Assembly: GCA_964291395.2 (NCBI GenBank)
Contig: OZ219856.1
Span: 544,001 to 608,000 of the forward strand
Direction: 5' to 3'
DNA length: 64,000 nt
DNA from: Alphaproteobacteria bacterium
GTDB lineage: Bacteria; Pseudomonadota; Alphaproteobacteria; UBA2966
A model generated the notes under the pieces. It worked only from the letters and a program-made list of their open reading frames with translations, did not search any database and had not been told where the DNA came from. Position numbers and translations under genes: made by a program. Below are positions 28,338 to 38,287 of this stretch, piece after piece (within the stretch, counting starts at the first letter, position 1; the number at the start of each line of letters is the position of its first letter).

Positions 28338-29201
28338 TCAGACCATGATCGCCTGGCCGCGCCGGAAGCGCTTCACGAGCGCGACCGAGAACAGATTGAT
28401 GAGTACCACGGCGCCGAGCAGGATGACGGCGAGGGCCGCCCCCATGCCGTAGTTCGTGTTCACGATGACGCTCTGCTGCACGATGACCGGCAGAGTCACG
28501 ATCTTGCCCGCGCCGATGAGCGCCGTCGAGGCGAACCCGCCGATGCTGATGTTGAAAACCATCAGCGAGCAGATCACGACTCCCGGCGTCGCCAGGGGCA
28601 GAATGATCCGCCGATAGACGTTGAACCGTCCGGCGCCGTGAATCTGTGCGGCCTCCTCGAGGCTGCGCGGGATGGTCAAGATGATGCTGTAGATCAGCAG
28701 CACCGCGAAGCCCAGCGAATAATACATGAGTCCAGTGATGACTCCGGCGAAAGTACCCAAAATGGTGAACGTCTCTTCGATCAAACCGAGCGCCAGAAAC
28801 AAGCGGTTGACGATTCCGTCGGGACTGAACAACACGATGAGTCCCAGGACCTTGATGGCGATGGTCACGAACTGGGCGACCACGACCAGCGCCAGGAACA
28901 ACATCGCCCAGCGGGACGTCATACGCGCGATGATGTAGGCGACGGGCACCGCGCAGACCATGGTGAGAACGGTCGCCGCGGCGGAGATGTTGATCGATAG
29001 CAGGAGAACGTTCAGGTAGTAGGGGTCGGAGAAGGCCCTGAGGTAGTTGACGAGTTCGTAGGTCGTCGAGAGATCGCCGTACCCCAGATCCTTGTGGAAA
29101 CTCCCCTTGATGAAGATGAACTGCGACGCGACCAGCAGCACCACCGTCAGGACGAGCGGTGGGAACAGGATCAACTCCCATCTGGCCTTGATGCCGCTCA
29201 T
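28338..29201 (-). CDS. ABC permease (PotB-like)
   Basis: GIVNRL; EAA loop SLEEAAQIHGA; LPLATPG; ATG 29201 overlaps the upstream stop. Confidence 0.88.
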   Translation of the reverse strand: MSGIKARWELILFPPLVLTVVLLVASQFIFIKGSFHKDLGYGDLSTTYELVNYLRAFSDPYYLNVLLLSINISAAATVLTMVCAVPVAYIIARMTSRWAMLFLALVVVAQFVTIAIKVLGLIVLFSPDGIVNRLFLALGLIEETFTILGTFAGVITGLMYYSLGFAVLLIYSIILTIPRSLEEAAQIHGAGRFNVYRRIILPLATPGVVICSLMVFNISIGGFASTALIGAGKIVTLPVIVQQSVIVNTNYGMGAALAVILLGAVVLINLFSVALVKRFRRGQAIMV

Positions 29202-30187
29202 TCGTTCATCTGCAACAGGATCTTTCCGGTGCGGTCGCCGTGCCCCGCATGGTGAAGCGCTTCCCGCACTCTCCACAAGGGATAGACCGCTTCCACGTCC
29301 GCGTGGAGCTTCCCGTCGACGATCAGTTCGGCCAGACGGTCCGTGACGCGGGAAATCTCTTGCGGTGGCGCCGTGACCTGCCACTTGGCGCGCCAAAAGC
29401 CGCGTAGCTGAACGTCCCGGAAGATCACATCCCGCGGGTCGACCATGCAGGGCTCTCCGCTGAGCAATCCGTAGTTGACGATCGTGCCGCCCACGGCGAG
29501 GCAGCGTGCCATCTCTTCCGTCGCCTTCCCCGCCACGGCGTCGATTCCGAGCCCGATTTCCGCCCCGCCGGTCTCCGAGGCGACGCGTTCGGCGAGGTCC
29601 GGGCCGTCGAGCAAGACCACGTCGGCTCTCAGCCGCTTCAGGGGCTCGATGGTCCGTGGCCGGCGGACGACGTTGACCGTCCTGAAGCCTTCGATCCTCG
29701 CCAGTTGGACGAGGTATCGCCCGACGGCGGAGTTCGCGGCGTTTTGAATGACCCAGTCGCCGCGGGACAGCTCGACGAAAGTCGTCAGCATGAGGTAGGC
29801 CGACGCCGGATTCGCGCGCATCATGCAGAGTTGCCGCGAATCGCCCTCGTCCGGCAGCGGCGTGACCTGGGTGGCGGGCGCCGTAATTTTCTCGCACCAG
29901 GTGCCGCGCCCCGGCGGCAGTAGCACCCGGTCGCCGACCTTGGCACTCGCGACGTTGTCTCCAACGGCGCTCACCCGGCCCAGGCCCTCGACACCGGCGA
30001 TGGCCGGCAGCTCGGGCGCCGCCGCGCCGTAGCGCCCCTCCATCGCCAGCAGGTCGCCTGGATTCACCGGCGCGAACAAGACGTCGATCGAGACCTCGCC
30101 GTCCCCCGGCGCGGGCGGGTCGGGCACCTCGTCCAACTCGATGACTTCGAGGGGTGATCCGAGGTGGGCGAACCGTGCAGCTTTCAT
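29198..30187 (-). CDS. MDR-family trans-2-enoyl-thioester reductase (MECR/Etr1-like)
   Basis: PVNPGDL, GVEGLG, ANPASAY, WVIQNAANSAVG, NYGLLSG, RGFW. Confidence 0.85.
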   Translation of the reverse strand: MKAARFAHLGSPLEVIELDEVPDPPAPGDGEVSIDVLFAPVNPGDLLAMEGRYGAAAPELPAIAGVEGLGRVSAVGDNVASAKVGDRVLLPPGRGTWCEKITAPATQVTPLPDEGDSRQLCMMRANPASAYLMLTTFVELSRGDWVIQNAANSAVGRYLVQLARIEGFRTVNVVRRPRTIEPLKRLRADVVLLDGPDLAERVASETGGAEIGLGIDAVAGKATEEMARCLAVGGTIVNYGLLSGEPCMVDPRDVIFRDVQLRGFWRAKWQVTAPPQEISRVTDRLAELIVDGKLHADVEAVYPLWRVREALHHAGHGDRTGKILLQMNE

Positions 30188-30234
30188 GTTTCGTGTCTCC
30201 GAGAGAGGGCGCACGCCCCGTTTGCCGCCGGGCG

Positions 30235-31797
30235 TCAGCCCACGCGGCGTTCCTGGCCCGCCCAAAACTTCTCGCGGACATCCTTCTTCAGGACCTTGCC
30301 GACCGCGCTTCTCGGAAGCTCGTCCCAGAACTCTACGGTCTTTGGCGACTTCACGCTGCCTAGCCTGGCCTTGCACAACGAGATGACTTCGTCCTCGGAG
30401 ACGTGCCGTTCGGGCTTGAGCTCGACGACCGCCTTGACCGCTTCGCCCCACTTTTCGTCCGGAACCCCGATCACCGCACAATCCTGAACCGCCGACAGCG
30501 TCAGGATCACGTTCTCGACCTCGCTCGGCCACACGTTGAATCCGCCGGACACGATCATGTCCCGTTTGCGGTCGACGATGTAGACATAGCCGTCCCCGTC
30601 CTTGTAGCCGATGTCGTTCGTATGATGCCAACCGTGGGCGGAGACCTCTTCGGTCGCGTCCGGGCGTTTGTAGTAGCCATCCATGACGATTCCGCCCCGC
30701 GTCACGATCTCGCCGACCTCACCGGCCTTCAGAATACTGCCTTCGTCGTCCATGATCTCGACCGCGGTGAAGAGGCTGGGCCGGCCCGCGCTGCGCAGAC
30801 GATGTTCCTTGTCCGGATCCCGGCAGGCTTCCGCCTGGTCCTGCCTGGAGAAATAGGTGCTGATGAAGGGCGATTCCGTTTGCCCGTAGGATTGCGACAT
30901 GACGGGTCCGAAGACGTCGACGGCCTCCTTGAGCTTGTCCGGAGACATCGGCGACGCCGCGTAGTGGAAGTACTTCAGGCTCGAGTAGTCGCAGTCCCGC
31001 ACCCCGGGGTGCGCGAGCCACCTGTAGATCGCGGTCGGCGGCAGGAACACCGTCGTGACCCGGTGCGTCTCGATCATCTCCATCATGACCTCGGGAAGGG
31101 GCCGTTCGACGACGACGATCGTCGTGCCGTGCGGCAGCAGCATCAGCGACATCGCGCCCGCCACGTGCGTCATCGGCGCCGCCGCGAGATAGACCGGCGG
31201 CTCCTCGTAGGGCATGGCGGCCGAGGCGTTGGCGAGCATGAAGGCGAAGTTGAGATGGGTCAGAGGAACGCCCTTGGGAACGCCGGTGGTGCCTCCGGTA
31301 TAACGAATGGCCGCGTAGTCCCGCGGGTCGCAGGCGATATAGGGCGCCCGATCCTCCCGGTCCGCGATCCAGTCGTCCAAAAACGGCGCGTTCGCGCCCT
31401 CGCGATCCACGCAAACGAACTTGCGGATGCCGGGCACGCGGTCCCGGATCTCGGCGGCGTGCTCCTCGAACGCGCTGTGATAGAAGAGGAGTTCGCAGCC
31501 GCTGTCGCCGAGGACATGGACGTTTTCCGCCATCGCGCCGCGCGCGTTGATCGGCACCCACGCCGCGCACGCCCTCAGGATTCCCAGCACGCAGATGAAC
31601 GCCATGGCGTCGTTGGGGCTGAAAACGGCGGCTTGGCGGCCCTTGGAGATTCCTTCCGCGATGAGGGCATTGCCGATCCTGTGCGTGAGCCGTTGGGTCT
31701 CGCCGAACGTGACGCGTCGGCCGCCCTGGATGAAGCAGTCCCGCTTCGGGTTCAGGGAGACACCTCGGTCGAAATAGTCGATCAGCCTGAGTACCAT
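30235..31797 (-). CDS. AMP-binding acyl-CoA synthetase
   Basis: YTGGTTGVPKG, YGQTE, VDRKRDMIVSGGFNV, PRSAVGKVLK. Confidence 0.93.
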   Translation of the reverse strand: MVLRLIDYFDRGVSLNPKRDCFIQGGRRVTFGETQRLTHRIGNALIAEGISKGRQAAVFSPNDAMAFICVLGILRACAAWVPINARGAMAENVHVLGDSGCELLFYHSAFEEHAAEIRDRVPGIRKFVCVDREGANAPFLDDWIADREDRAPYIACDPRDYAAIRYTGGTTGVPKGVPLTHLNFAFMLANASAAMPYEEPPVYLAAAPMTHVAGAMSLMLLPHGTTIVVVERPLPEVMMEMIETHRVTTVFLPPTAIYRWLAHPGVRDCDYSSLKYFHYAASPMSPDKLKEAVDVFGPVMSQSYGQTESPFISTYFSRQDQAEACRDPDKEHRLRSAGRPSLFTAVEIMDDEGSILKAGEVGEIVTRGGIVMDGYYKRPDATEEVSAHGWHHTNDIGYKDGDGYVYIVDRKRDMIVSGGFNVWPSEVENVILTLSAVQDCAVIGVPDEKWGEAVKAVVELKPERHVSEDEVISLCKARLGSVKSPKTVEFWDELPRSAVGKVLKKDVREKFWAGQERRVG

Positions 31798-31891
31798 GAG
31801 TTCGGTCGAGCGGCGGCATTGGATCCTGCTGCCGGATGAAAAAAGCCGCCGCCGCGAGTTATGTCAACGGCCTGCGCACGCTGGGTGTGCC

Positions 31892-32386
31892 CTATTTCTG
31901 GTGCCCGTCGTGGCCCGTTTCTCCCCGACGCGCCGTGCCCGCCTCGATAACCACGTCCACGTCGACATCTCCCGCCGATTCGAACTCGAGCGTCATGGGA
32001 AAGGTCATCCCCTTCCTGAGCGGCGTCCTGAGTCCCAGCAGCATGATATGCAGGCCGCCGGGCTCGAGCACGACCGTTCCGCCGGCCGGAATCTCGACGG
32101 CCTCGACGGGACGCATCTTCATCACGTCTCCCTTCATCTCGTGGGTGTGAAGCTCGGCGCGGTCCGCGATGTAGGTCGACGCGCCGATCAAACGGTCGGT
32201 TCGAGACCCGGAGTTGTACACCGTGACGTAGCTCACTCCGTTTCGCGCCTTCAGCGACAGCGAGGCACGCGCCCACGGATGGGTGATCCTGATGTCGCCG
32301 GCCGTGATCTCGTGTCCCAGAGAAGCGGGGCTCTGCACCGAGCAGACGGTCAGTATCAGGACGGCGAGGAGAAGGCTGCGACTCAT
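31892..32386 (-). CDS. Copper chaperone PCu(A)C
   Basis: Signal peptide; HPWARA, ELHTHEMKGDVMKMR, LEPGGLHIML; His-containing tail. Confidence 0.92.
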   Translation of the reverse strand: MSRSLLLAVLILTVCSVQSPASLGHEITAGDIRITHPWARASLSLKARNGVSYVTVYNSGSRTDRLIGASTYIADRAELHTHEMKGDVMKMRPVEAVEIPAGGTVVLEPGGLHIMLLGLRTPLRKGMTFPMTLEFESAGDVDVDVVIEAGTARRGETGHDGHQK

Positions 32387-32535
32387 ATCGGTCTCGGGAG
32401 ACTGGTGCCGGCGAGCGAGATTATCTCGACGGCGGCCCGCGGTGTCCATGACAGCCGATGATGTCCTCAATATGATACCGCTCGAATCCTTCTCGCTCGG
32501 ACGAGCGAGGACGAAAGCAATTGGAAGGGATGGAC

Positions 32536-33342
32536 ATGGCCCAGGCGTTCTCGATGATCCCGTTACCCCCGGAACGCAGCACGACGAAGCCGCGCATCAA
32601 GGGGCGAACGATGATGATGGATTGGGGCATGCCCCTTCGCGAACAGGAAGACCTCTTGAGCCTGATCGCGCCTTACGTGGATATCGCCAAGTTCGTCGTC
32701 GGCACGGCCCGCCTCTATGAGGAGGAGTATCTGAGAACGAAGATCGGGGTCTACGAGGACCACCAGATAGAACCCTTTCTCGGCGGCCAGTTCTTCGAGT
32801 TCGTGTTCGGCACCCAGGGCGTCGAAGGGGTGAAGCCCTACTGTGAAGAGGCCAAACGCCTGGGTATCGGCGCCATCGAGATTTCGGACAACGTGGTGCC
32901 GCTTTCGAGCCGGGATCGCCACGAAATCACGGAGATTGCCGTTGACTGCGGGCTGCACGTCCACGGAGAGGTCGGGTCCAAGCACGACGTGACGACGGCC
33001 GAGACCCTGATCGAGCAGGCGAACGAGTTCTTTGACGCCGGCGCGGACGTCGTTCTCGTCGAGGCTGCCGAACTGGTCGAGGACGGGGAGCCCAACAAGC
33101 CGTTGATCGGCGATCTGGCGAGCGGACTGGACGTCGCCAAGGTGTTCTTCGAGCTCCCCGGAGCATGGATCAAGGGAACCACGACGACCGAGGTGATCTA
33201 TCTCAAGAAGTTCCTGATCGACGAGTTCGGGCCCGACGTCAACATCGCCAACGTGCTGCCGGGCAACGTGTTCGAGACCGAGGCGCTGCGCTCGCATCTG
33301 AGCTTCGCCGGGCCCCGGCAGATGAACCGGGCAGCCGAATAG
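32536..33342 (+). CDS. comA: Phosphosulfolactate synthase (ComA) family protein
   Basis: KPRIKGRTMMMDWG, YVDIAKF, GGQFFE, IEISD, EVGSK, FGPDVNIANV, EALR. Confidence 0.82.
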   Translation: MAQAFSMIPLPPERSTTKPRIKGRTMMMDWGMPLREQEDLLSLIAPYVDIAKFVVGTARLYEEEYLRTKIGVYEDHQIEPFLGGQFFEFVFGTQGVEGVKPYCEEAKRLGIGAIEISDNVVPLSSRDRHEITEIAVDCGLHVHGEVGSKHDVTTAETLIEQANEFFDAGADVVLVEAAELVEDGEPNKPLIGDLASGLDVAKVFFELPGAWIKGTTTTEVIYLKKFLIDEFGPDVNIANVLPGNVFETEALRSHLSFAGPRQMNRAAE

Positions 33343-33372
33343 GCGGACCCCCCAATTCATGGGGAGCATGGC

Positions 33373-34284
33373 ATGAGGGAACGGCTGGGTTTCGTCGGAT
33401 TGGGCAGCATGGGCGGTCCCATGTGCCTCAACCTTCTCAAGGCCGGATTCGAAGCCACAGTCTTCGACGTCGCCGAAGGCGCCGCGGACCGGCATCTGGA
33501 GGCGGGGGCGAAGCAGGGACAGGGCCTGGGCGACGTGGCGAGAAACAGCGATGTCGTCGTGACCATGCTGCCGAACTCGGGTGACGTGGAAGACGTCGTC
33601 CTGGGTGAGGACGGCGTTTCGGCGCACGCGCGGGAGGGCATGCTCGTCATCGACATGAGTACGATCTTCCCGGAGATGTCGATCAGGGTCGCCGGGGAGC
33701 TCCGGGAGAAGGGCGTCGGCTTCCTCGACGCGGCGGTGGGCCGCACGGCGATGCATGCCGCGGCGGGCACGTCGATGTTCATGGTGGGTGGCTCGACGGA
33801 GGATCTCGAACGCGCGCGGCCCATTCTGGAGGCCATGGGCGATACGATCCATCACTGCGGGCCCGCGGGCAGCGGCGTGCAAACCAAACTGGTCAACAAC
33901 TACATGACCGCGAGTCAGGCCGTAATCACCTCGGAGGCCTTGTCGCTGGCGCGGAAGCTCGGTCTCGATCCCGAGCGGACGGTGGAGATCATGTCCAGCA
34001 CGATGGCGTCGAACGCGCTGGTCTCGTTCTATTTCCCGAGAAAGGCGCTGGCCGGCAACGTCGATCCCGGATTCGCGTTGATGCATGCCCGGAAGGACCT
34101 GACGCTGGCGGTCCGGCTCGGCGAGCAGCAGGATGTCGCTATGGCTACGGGCGCGGCGGCCTTGGACACGTACGACCGCCTCTTCGACGAAGGTCACGGT
34201 CAACGGGACTTCTCATACACGTTGATGGGTGCCTGCGAGGCCGCAGGTGTCGAACCTCCCCGCATCGAGGCGCCCGAGGATTAG
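33373..34284 (+). CDS. Beta-hydroxyacid dehydrogenase family, sulfolactaldehyde reductase (YihU)-like
   Basis: GFVGLGSMG, TMLPN, DMSTI, DAAVGRT (instead of DAPVSGG), KLVNNYM, KDL. Confidence 0.85.
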   Translation: MRERLGFVGLGSMGGPMCLNLLKAGFEATVFDVAEGAADRHLEAGAKQGQGLGDVARNSDVVVTMLPNSGDVEDVVLGEDGVSAHAREGMLVIDMSTIFPEMSIRVAGELREKGVGFLDAAVGRTAMHAAAGTSMFMVGGSTEDLERARPILEAMGDTIHHCGPAGSGVQTKLVNNYMTASQAVITSEALSLARKLGLDPERTVEIMSSTMASNALVSFYFPRKALAGNVDPGFALMHARKDLTLAVRLGEQQDVAMATGAAALDTYDRLFDEGHGQRDFSYTLMGACEAAGVEPPRIEAPED

Positions 34285-35426
34285 CTCTGCAGGACCGCGT
34301 CGCTCTTTATCAGCGCCGAGATCTCCGAAGCGTCGAAGCCCCAGTCACGCAGGATTTCTTCGCTGTGCTCGCCCCGCGCGGGCGGCGGGCCGGCAATCTC
34401 CGCCTCGGTGCGGCTGAACCTGGGTGCGGGCGCGGGCTGGTCGACGCCGTCGACGTTCGCGACGGTCTGGCGAGCGGCGATATGCGGATGATCGGCCACT
34501 TCGGATAGCGAGAGGACGGGTGCGACGCAGACTTCCTCGCCGTCGAAGATCCGCGTCCATTCGTCCCGCGTTTTCCGACGGACGACCGCCGCCACCGTTT
34601 CCTTCGTCTTCGGCCAGGCGCCGCGGTCGTGCTGGGGCGGCATTCGCTTGATATCGAGACCGAGGAGGCGCCACGTCCGCTCCCAGAATTTCGCTTCCAC
34701 GGAGCCGATCGCGATCCATTTGCCGTCCCTGGTCTCGTAGGTGTCGTAGAACGGCGAGCCCGTATCGAGGTAGTTGCTCCCGCGCGCGTCAACCCAGTAG
34801 CCGCCGGCGTGAAAGCCGAAGAAGTACGCCATCATCGACGCTGCGGCGTCGATCATGGCGGCGTCGACGATCTGTCCCGTTCCCGACTCCCGTGCTTCGA
34901 GTATGGCGGCCAAAAGCCCCATCGCGAGGTAGGCGCCGCCGCCAAAGTCGCCCACGAGATTGAGCGGCGGTGTCGGCGGCCCGCCCGTGCGGCCGATCGC
35001 GTGCAGAGTCCCGGTCAAGGCGATGTAGTTGATGTCGTGGCCGGGTGCGGAGGCGAGGGGTCCGTCCTGTCCCCAGCCCGTCATGCGGCCGTAGACCAGG
35101 CGGGGATTCCTCTCCATGCAGACGTCCGGACCAAACCCGAGCCGCTCCATGACGCCGGGACGGTAGCCTTCGATCAGCGCGTCGGCCCGATCGACGAGGC
35201 GAAGGACGGCGACTTGGCCGGCCGGGTTCTTGAGATCGACCGCGATGGATCGCCGCCCCCGGTTCATGATCTGCGTCCTGGGATCGTGATCGATGCGCCC
35301 GGCGATCGCCTGCTGCCGGTCGATCCTGATTATCTCGGCGCCCAGATCCGCGAGCAGCATGGCACAGAACGGCGCCGGCCCCAGACCCGCGAACTCGACG
35401 ATCCTGATCCCTTTGAGAGGCCCCAT
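34281..35426 (-). CDS. CaiB/BaiF CoA-transferase family, alpha-methylacyl-CoA racemase-like
   Basis: GPLKGIRIVEFAGLGPAPF, EGYRPGVMERLG, GHDINY, PLNLVGDFGGG, PAPAPRFSRT. Confidence 0.92.
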   Translation of the reverse strand: MGPLKGIRIVEFAGLGPAPFCAMLLADLGAEIIRIDRQQAIAGRIDHDPRTQIMNRGRRSIAVDLKNPAGQVAVLRLVDRADALIEGYRPGVMERLGFGPDVCMERNPRLVYGRMTGWGQDGPLASAPGHDINYIALTGTLHAIGRTGGPPTPPLNLVGDFGGGAYLAMGLLAAILEARESGTGQIVDAAMIDAAASMMAYFFGFHAGGYWVDARGSNYLDTGSPFYDTYETRDGKWIAIGSVEAKFWERTWRLLGLDIKRMPPQHDRGAWPKTKETVAAVVRRKTRDEWTRIFDGEEVCVAPVLSLSEVADHPHIAARQTVANVDGVDQPAPAPRFSRTEAEIAGPPPARGEHSEEILRDWGFDASEISALIKSDAVLQS

Positions 35427-35739
35427 TGCCTTCCCCCGTACCGCATGTCCCATCGATCGGAGCCGGAACGTTCCTGAGCGAAGCCCGCTCCCGGTTTTGC
35501 AGCGACCTGGCGCTCTCGTCCCAGTGTTGCAAGGCAACGCAGCCTTTCGCAAGTGAGCATCGCTCCGGAACACTTCGGCTTCCCGGGGATGTCGAACCGG
35601 AGCGCTTGAATCCGAGGATCTTCTTGGAGACCGCCTTCAGGCAGGTGGGATCAGGGCAAGCTGGCCGGTGAGTTTCTCCGTCAGATTGGCGTTCGGTGTC
35701 GCGGCGGCCCGTCTCGCCAAGTCGGAACCGCCGAGAATA

Positions 35740-35797
35740 TACTACCAAGTGGTTGAACATCGGATGAGATGCCCTTATATTCAACCGTATGGTTGAA
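35740..35797. promoter_or_regulatory. Two ArsR-type operator palindromes (autoregulation)
   Basis: Perfect TTCAACC-gtat-GGTTGAA (35780-35797) overlapping the ArsR start codon, plus degenerate TACTACC-aagt-GGTTGAA (35740-35757). Confidence 0.75.
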
Positions 35798-36130
35798 CAG
35801 AACCTCAATCTCGTCTTCCATGCACTTGCAGATCCCACCCGCCGAGCCATCCTCGATCGCCTGGCGGTGGGGGAGGAGACCGTCGGCAGCCTCTCCGAGC
35901 CCTTTTCCATTTCCTTCGCCGCGGTGTCCAAACACCTCGGCGTGCTCGAGCGCGCCGGCCTGGTGACGCGCGAAGCGCGCGGCCGGGAACGGGTGTGCCG
36001 GATCAATCCGGCCGCACTCGAGGACGCCCGCGCCTGGCTCGAATTCCACGAGCGCTTCTGGACTGAACGCTTGGATGCGCTCGACGACTTGATCAACACC
36101 ACCTTCGGCCAGTCGGGCACATCGCGATGA
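35789..36130 (+). CDS. ArsR/SmtB family transcriptional regulator
   Basis: FHALADPTRRAIL, AVSKHLGVLERAGLV, GRER. Confidence 0.93.
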   Translation: MVEQNLNLVFHALADPTRRAILDRLAVGEETVGSLSEPFSISFAAVSKHLGVLERAGLVTREARGRERVCRINPAALEDARAWLEFHERFWTERLDALDDLINTTFGQSGTSR

Positions 36131-36187
36131 CCGTATCCAGACCCACGAGCGCGGACCGCCGCACGGGCCCCCACAGGAGCTGCTGAC

Positions 36188-36637
36188 ATGGCACAGCATC
36201 AGCCGGACGAACGGGAGATCTACCTGACGCTGCATCGCACCCTCGATGCGCCGGTCGAGGCGGTGTACGCCGCGTGGACGGATCCGAAGCTGATGCAGCG
36301 ATGGTTTGCGCCCGGCGATCTCGTGGTGGCCCGGGCGATTGCCCAGGTCGAGGTTGGGGGGACGTTTCTCATCGAGATGCGCGGGGCCGACGGTGAGAAC
36401 CACGTCACCCGCGGCGTCTATCGGGACGTGGTGCCTAACCGTCGCCTGGTGCACACCTGGCGCTGGGAAGGAAGCGATGTGGAATCGCTGGTCACCGTCG
36501 AACTCGAGCCGGAGTCGGCCGGGAGGACGCGCCTTACGCTCACGCATTCCCGATTTGCGAGCGTCGAGGCCCGCGACCAGCATGAGAGAGGCTGGGCGGG
36601 TTGCCTCGCCAAGCTCGAGGCACTCTACGCCGGCTGA
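36188..36637 (+). CDS. SRPBCC/AHSA1 domain protein
   Basis: APVEAVYAAWTDP, GGTF, RLVHTWRWE, HERGW. Confidence 0.9.
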   Translation: MAQHQPDEREIYLTLHRTLDAPVEAVYAAWTDPKLMQRWFAPGDLVVARAIAQVEVGGTFLIEMRGADGENHVTRGVYRDVVPNRRLVHTWRWEGSDVESLVTVELEPESAGRTRLTLTHSRFASVEARDQHERGWAGCLAKLEALYAG

Positions 36638-36687
36638 GGCGTCCGTGGCGGCCACGGCCCATTTCAAGCAATCAAGGAGACACCCCT

Positions 36688-37335
36688 GTGAAACTTTACT
36701 ACTTCCCGCTGTCCACCTACTCGCAGAAGGTGCTTATCGCGTTGTTCGAGAAAGAGGCCGAGTTCGAGTCCGAGCAGGTGAAGCTGTTCGACGAGGCGGT
36801 ACGCGAGCGCTATCGCAGCGAGATCTATCCGTTGGGGCGCATTCCTCTGCTGGTGCTCGACGACGGCCACCTCATTCCCGAATCCTCGATCATTATCGAA
36901 TATCTCGATGCCAGCTTCGACAATGCGCCGCGGTTGATTCCGGCCGCGCCCGACGAGGCACGCCAGACCCGGTTTCACGACCGCATGCTGGACCTCTACC
37001 TCAACGACTCGATCGCCTCGCTGCTGTTCCAGAGTTGGAAGCCGGAGGAGGCGCGCGACCGGGAGTTGATCGATCGCAGCCGCTTTCGTGCCGGTGTGAT
37101 GTACGACTTCCTGGAGCACCGGCTCGACGGGCGCACCTGGCTGATGGGCGAGGACTTCACCATGGCGGACTGCGCCGCCGGACCGGCGCTGCTCTACGCC
37201 GGGGATATGTTCCCGTTTGCCGAACGTCCGGCGATCGCGGCCTACTGGGAGCGGCTGCGCACGCGCCCGTCCTATGCTCGGGTGCTGGAGGAAGCCGAGC
37301 CTCACCTGCGCGAATTGCGGGAGCGCGCCGCCTGA
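36688..37335 (+). CDS. Glutathione S-transferase family protein
   Basis: GTG start after AAGGAG; LYYFPLSTYSQKV, PLGRIPLL, ESSIIIEYL, FTMADC. Confidence 0.92.
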   Translation: MKLYYFPLSTYSQKVLIALFEKEAEFESEQVKLFDEAVRERYRSEIYPLGRIPLLVLDDGHLIPESSIIIEYLDASFDNAPRLIPAAPDEARQTRFHDRMLDLYLNDSIASLLFQSWKPEEARDRELIDRSRFRAGVMYDFLEHRLDGRTWLMGEDFTMADCAAGPALLYAGDMFPFAERPAIAAYWERLRTRPSYARVLEEAEPHLRELRERAA

Positions 37336-37527
37336 GCGTACGTCCGTACATCGGACGCCCATCGGTATCCGGGTTTCGGGGCTTGACGCCGGACAGGACG
37401 CCGGGTGGCGTGGCCGGGCGAGGGACGCGAGGGGCTGGAGTTTCAGTTCAACTGGAACCACTCTAGATTCCGTCTCGGAATTTGGGTGCGTCCGCGAGCG
37501 CCCGACTTGGGGTACACTGGGCGCCAA

Positions 37528-38211
37528 ATGCTGCGCTTGGTCCTGGGATTCATATTTCTCCTGGCGGCAACCCCACCGGCGTCGGCCAACTACGCGTTGG
37601 GCACCATCGCGTATGAGCGGGGGGACTATGCGGCGGCCTACGAGAACTGGCGGCCCCTGGCGGATCAGGGGAGCCTGGCCGCCCAGTTCAATATCGGTCA
37701 TCTCTACCACCGGGGCCTGGGCGTGGCGCAGGACCTGGACGCCGCCAGGGAATGGTACCTGAAAGCCGCGAACCAGGGAGACAGCAACGCCCAGTACGAA
37801 CTGGGCGCGATGCACGCGCAAGGCGACGGCGTTCCCAGGGATTACGCCGCCGCGATCGGCTGGTACCGGCAGGCCGCCGAAGCGGGCCACTCCAAGGCCA
37901 GCATGAAACTGGGGAACCTGTACCGGGACGGCCGGGGCGTGCCGCAGGATGACGAAAAGGCGGCGCACTGGATCGTGAAGGCGGCCGACCAGGGCGAGAA
38001 ATCGGCGCAGATCGCCGCCAGCGTGATCTTCAGCGAGGGACTGGGCGTGCCGAAGGACCTCGTCGAGGCCTACATGTGGGCGTCCATCGCGGCGAGCAGG
38101 GGCGAGATCTTCGCGCACGCGTTCGTGCGTGCCTTCGAGCGCAGGATGACGCCGGCCCAGATCCAGGAGGGGCGGGAGCGGGCGAAGACCTGGTCGCCCA
38201 GGCTGTACTAG
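37528..38211 (+). CDS. Secreted Sel1-repeat protein
   Basis: Signal peptide; repeated AQxxLGxxYxxGxGVxQD...WYxxAAxQG units. Confidence 0.9.
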   Translation: MLRLVLGFIFLLAATPPASANYALGTIAYERGDYAAAYENWRPLADQGSLAAQFNIGHLYHRGLGVAQDLDAAREWYLKAANQGDSNAQYELGAMHAQGDGVPRDYAAAIGWYRQAAEAGHSKASMKLGNLYRDGRGVPQDDEKAAHWIVKAADQGEKSAQIAASVIFSEGLGVPKDLVEAYMWASIAASRGEIFAHAFVRAFERRMTPAQIQEGRERAKTWSPRLY

Positions 38212-38287
38212 TTGACCGACGTGCAGGGAAAGCCGCGCCGTGCGGCCCCTGTGTGGGCGCCCCGGTAAGGGTGGGTGAAGGTCGACC

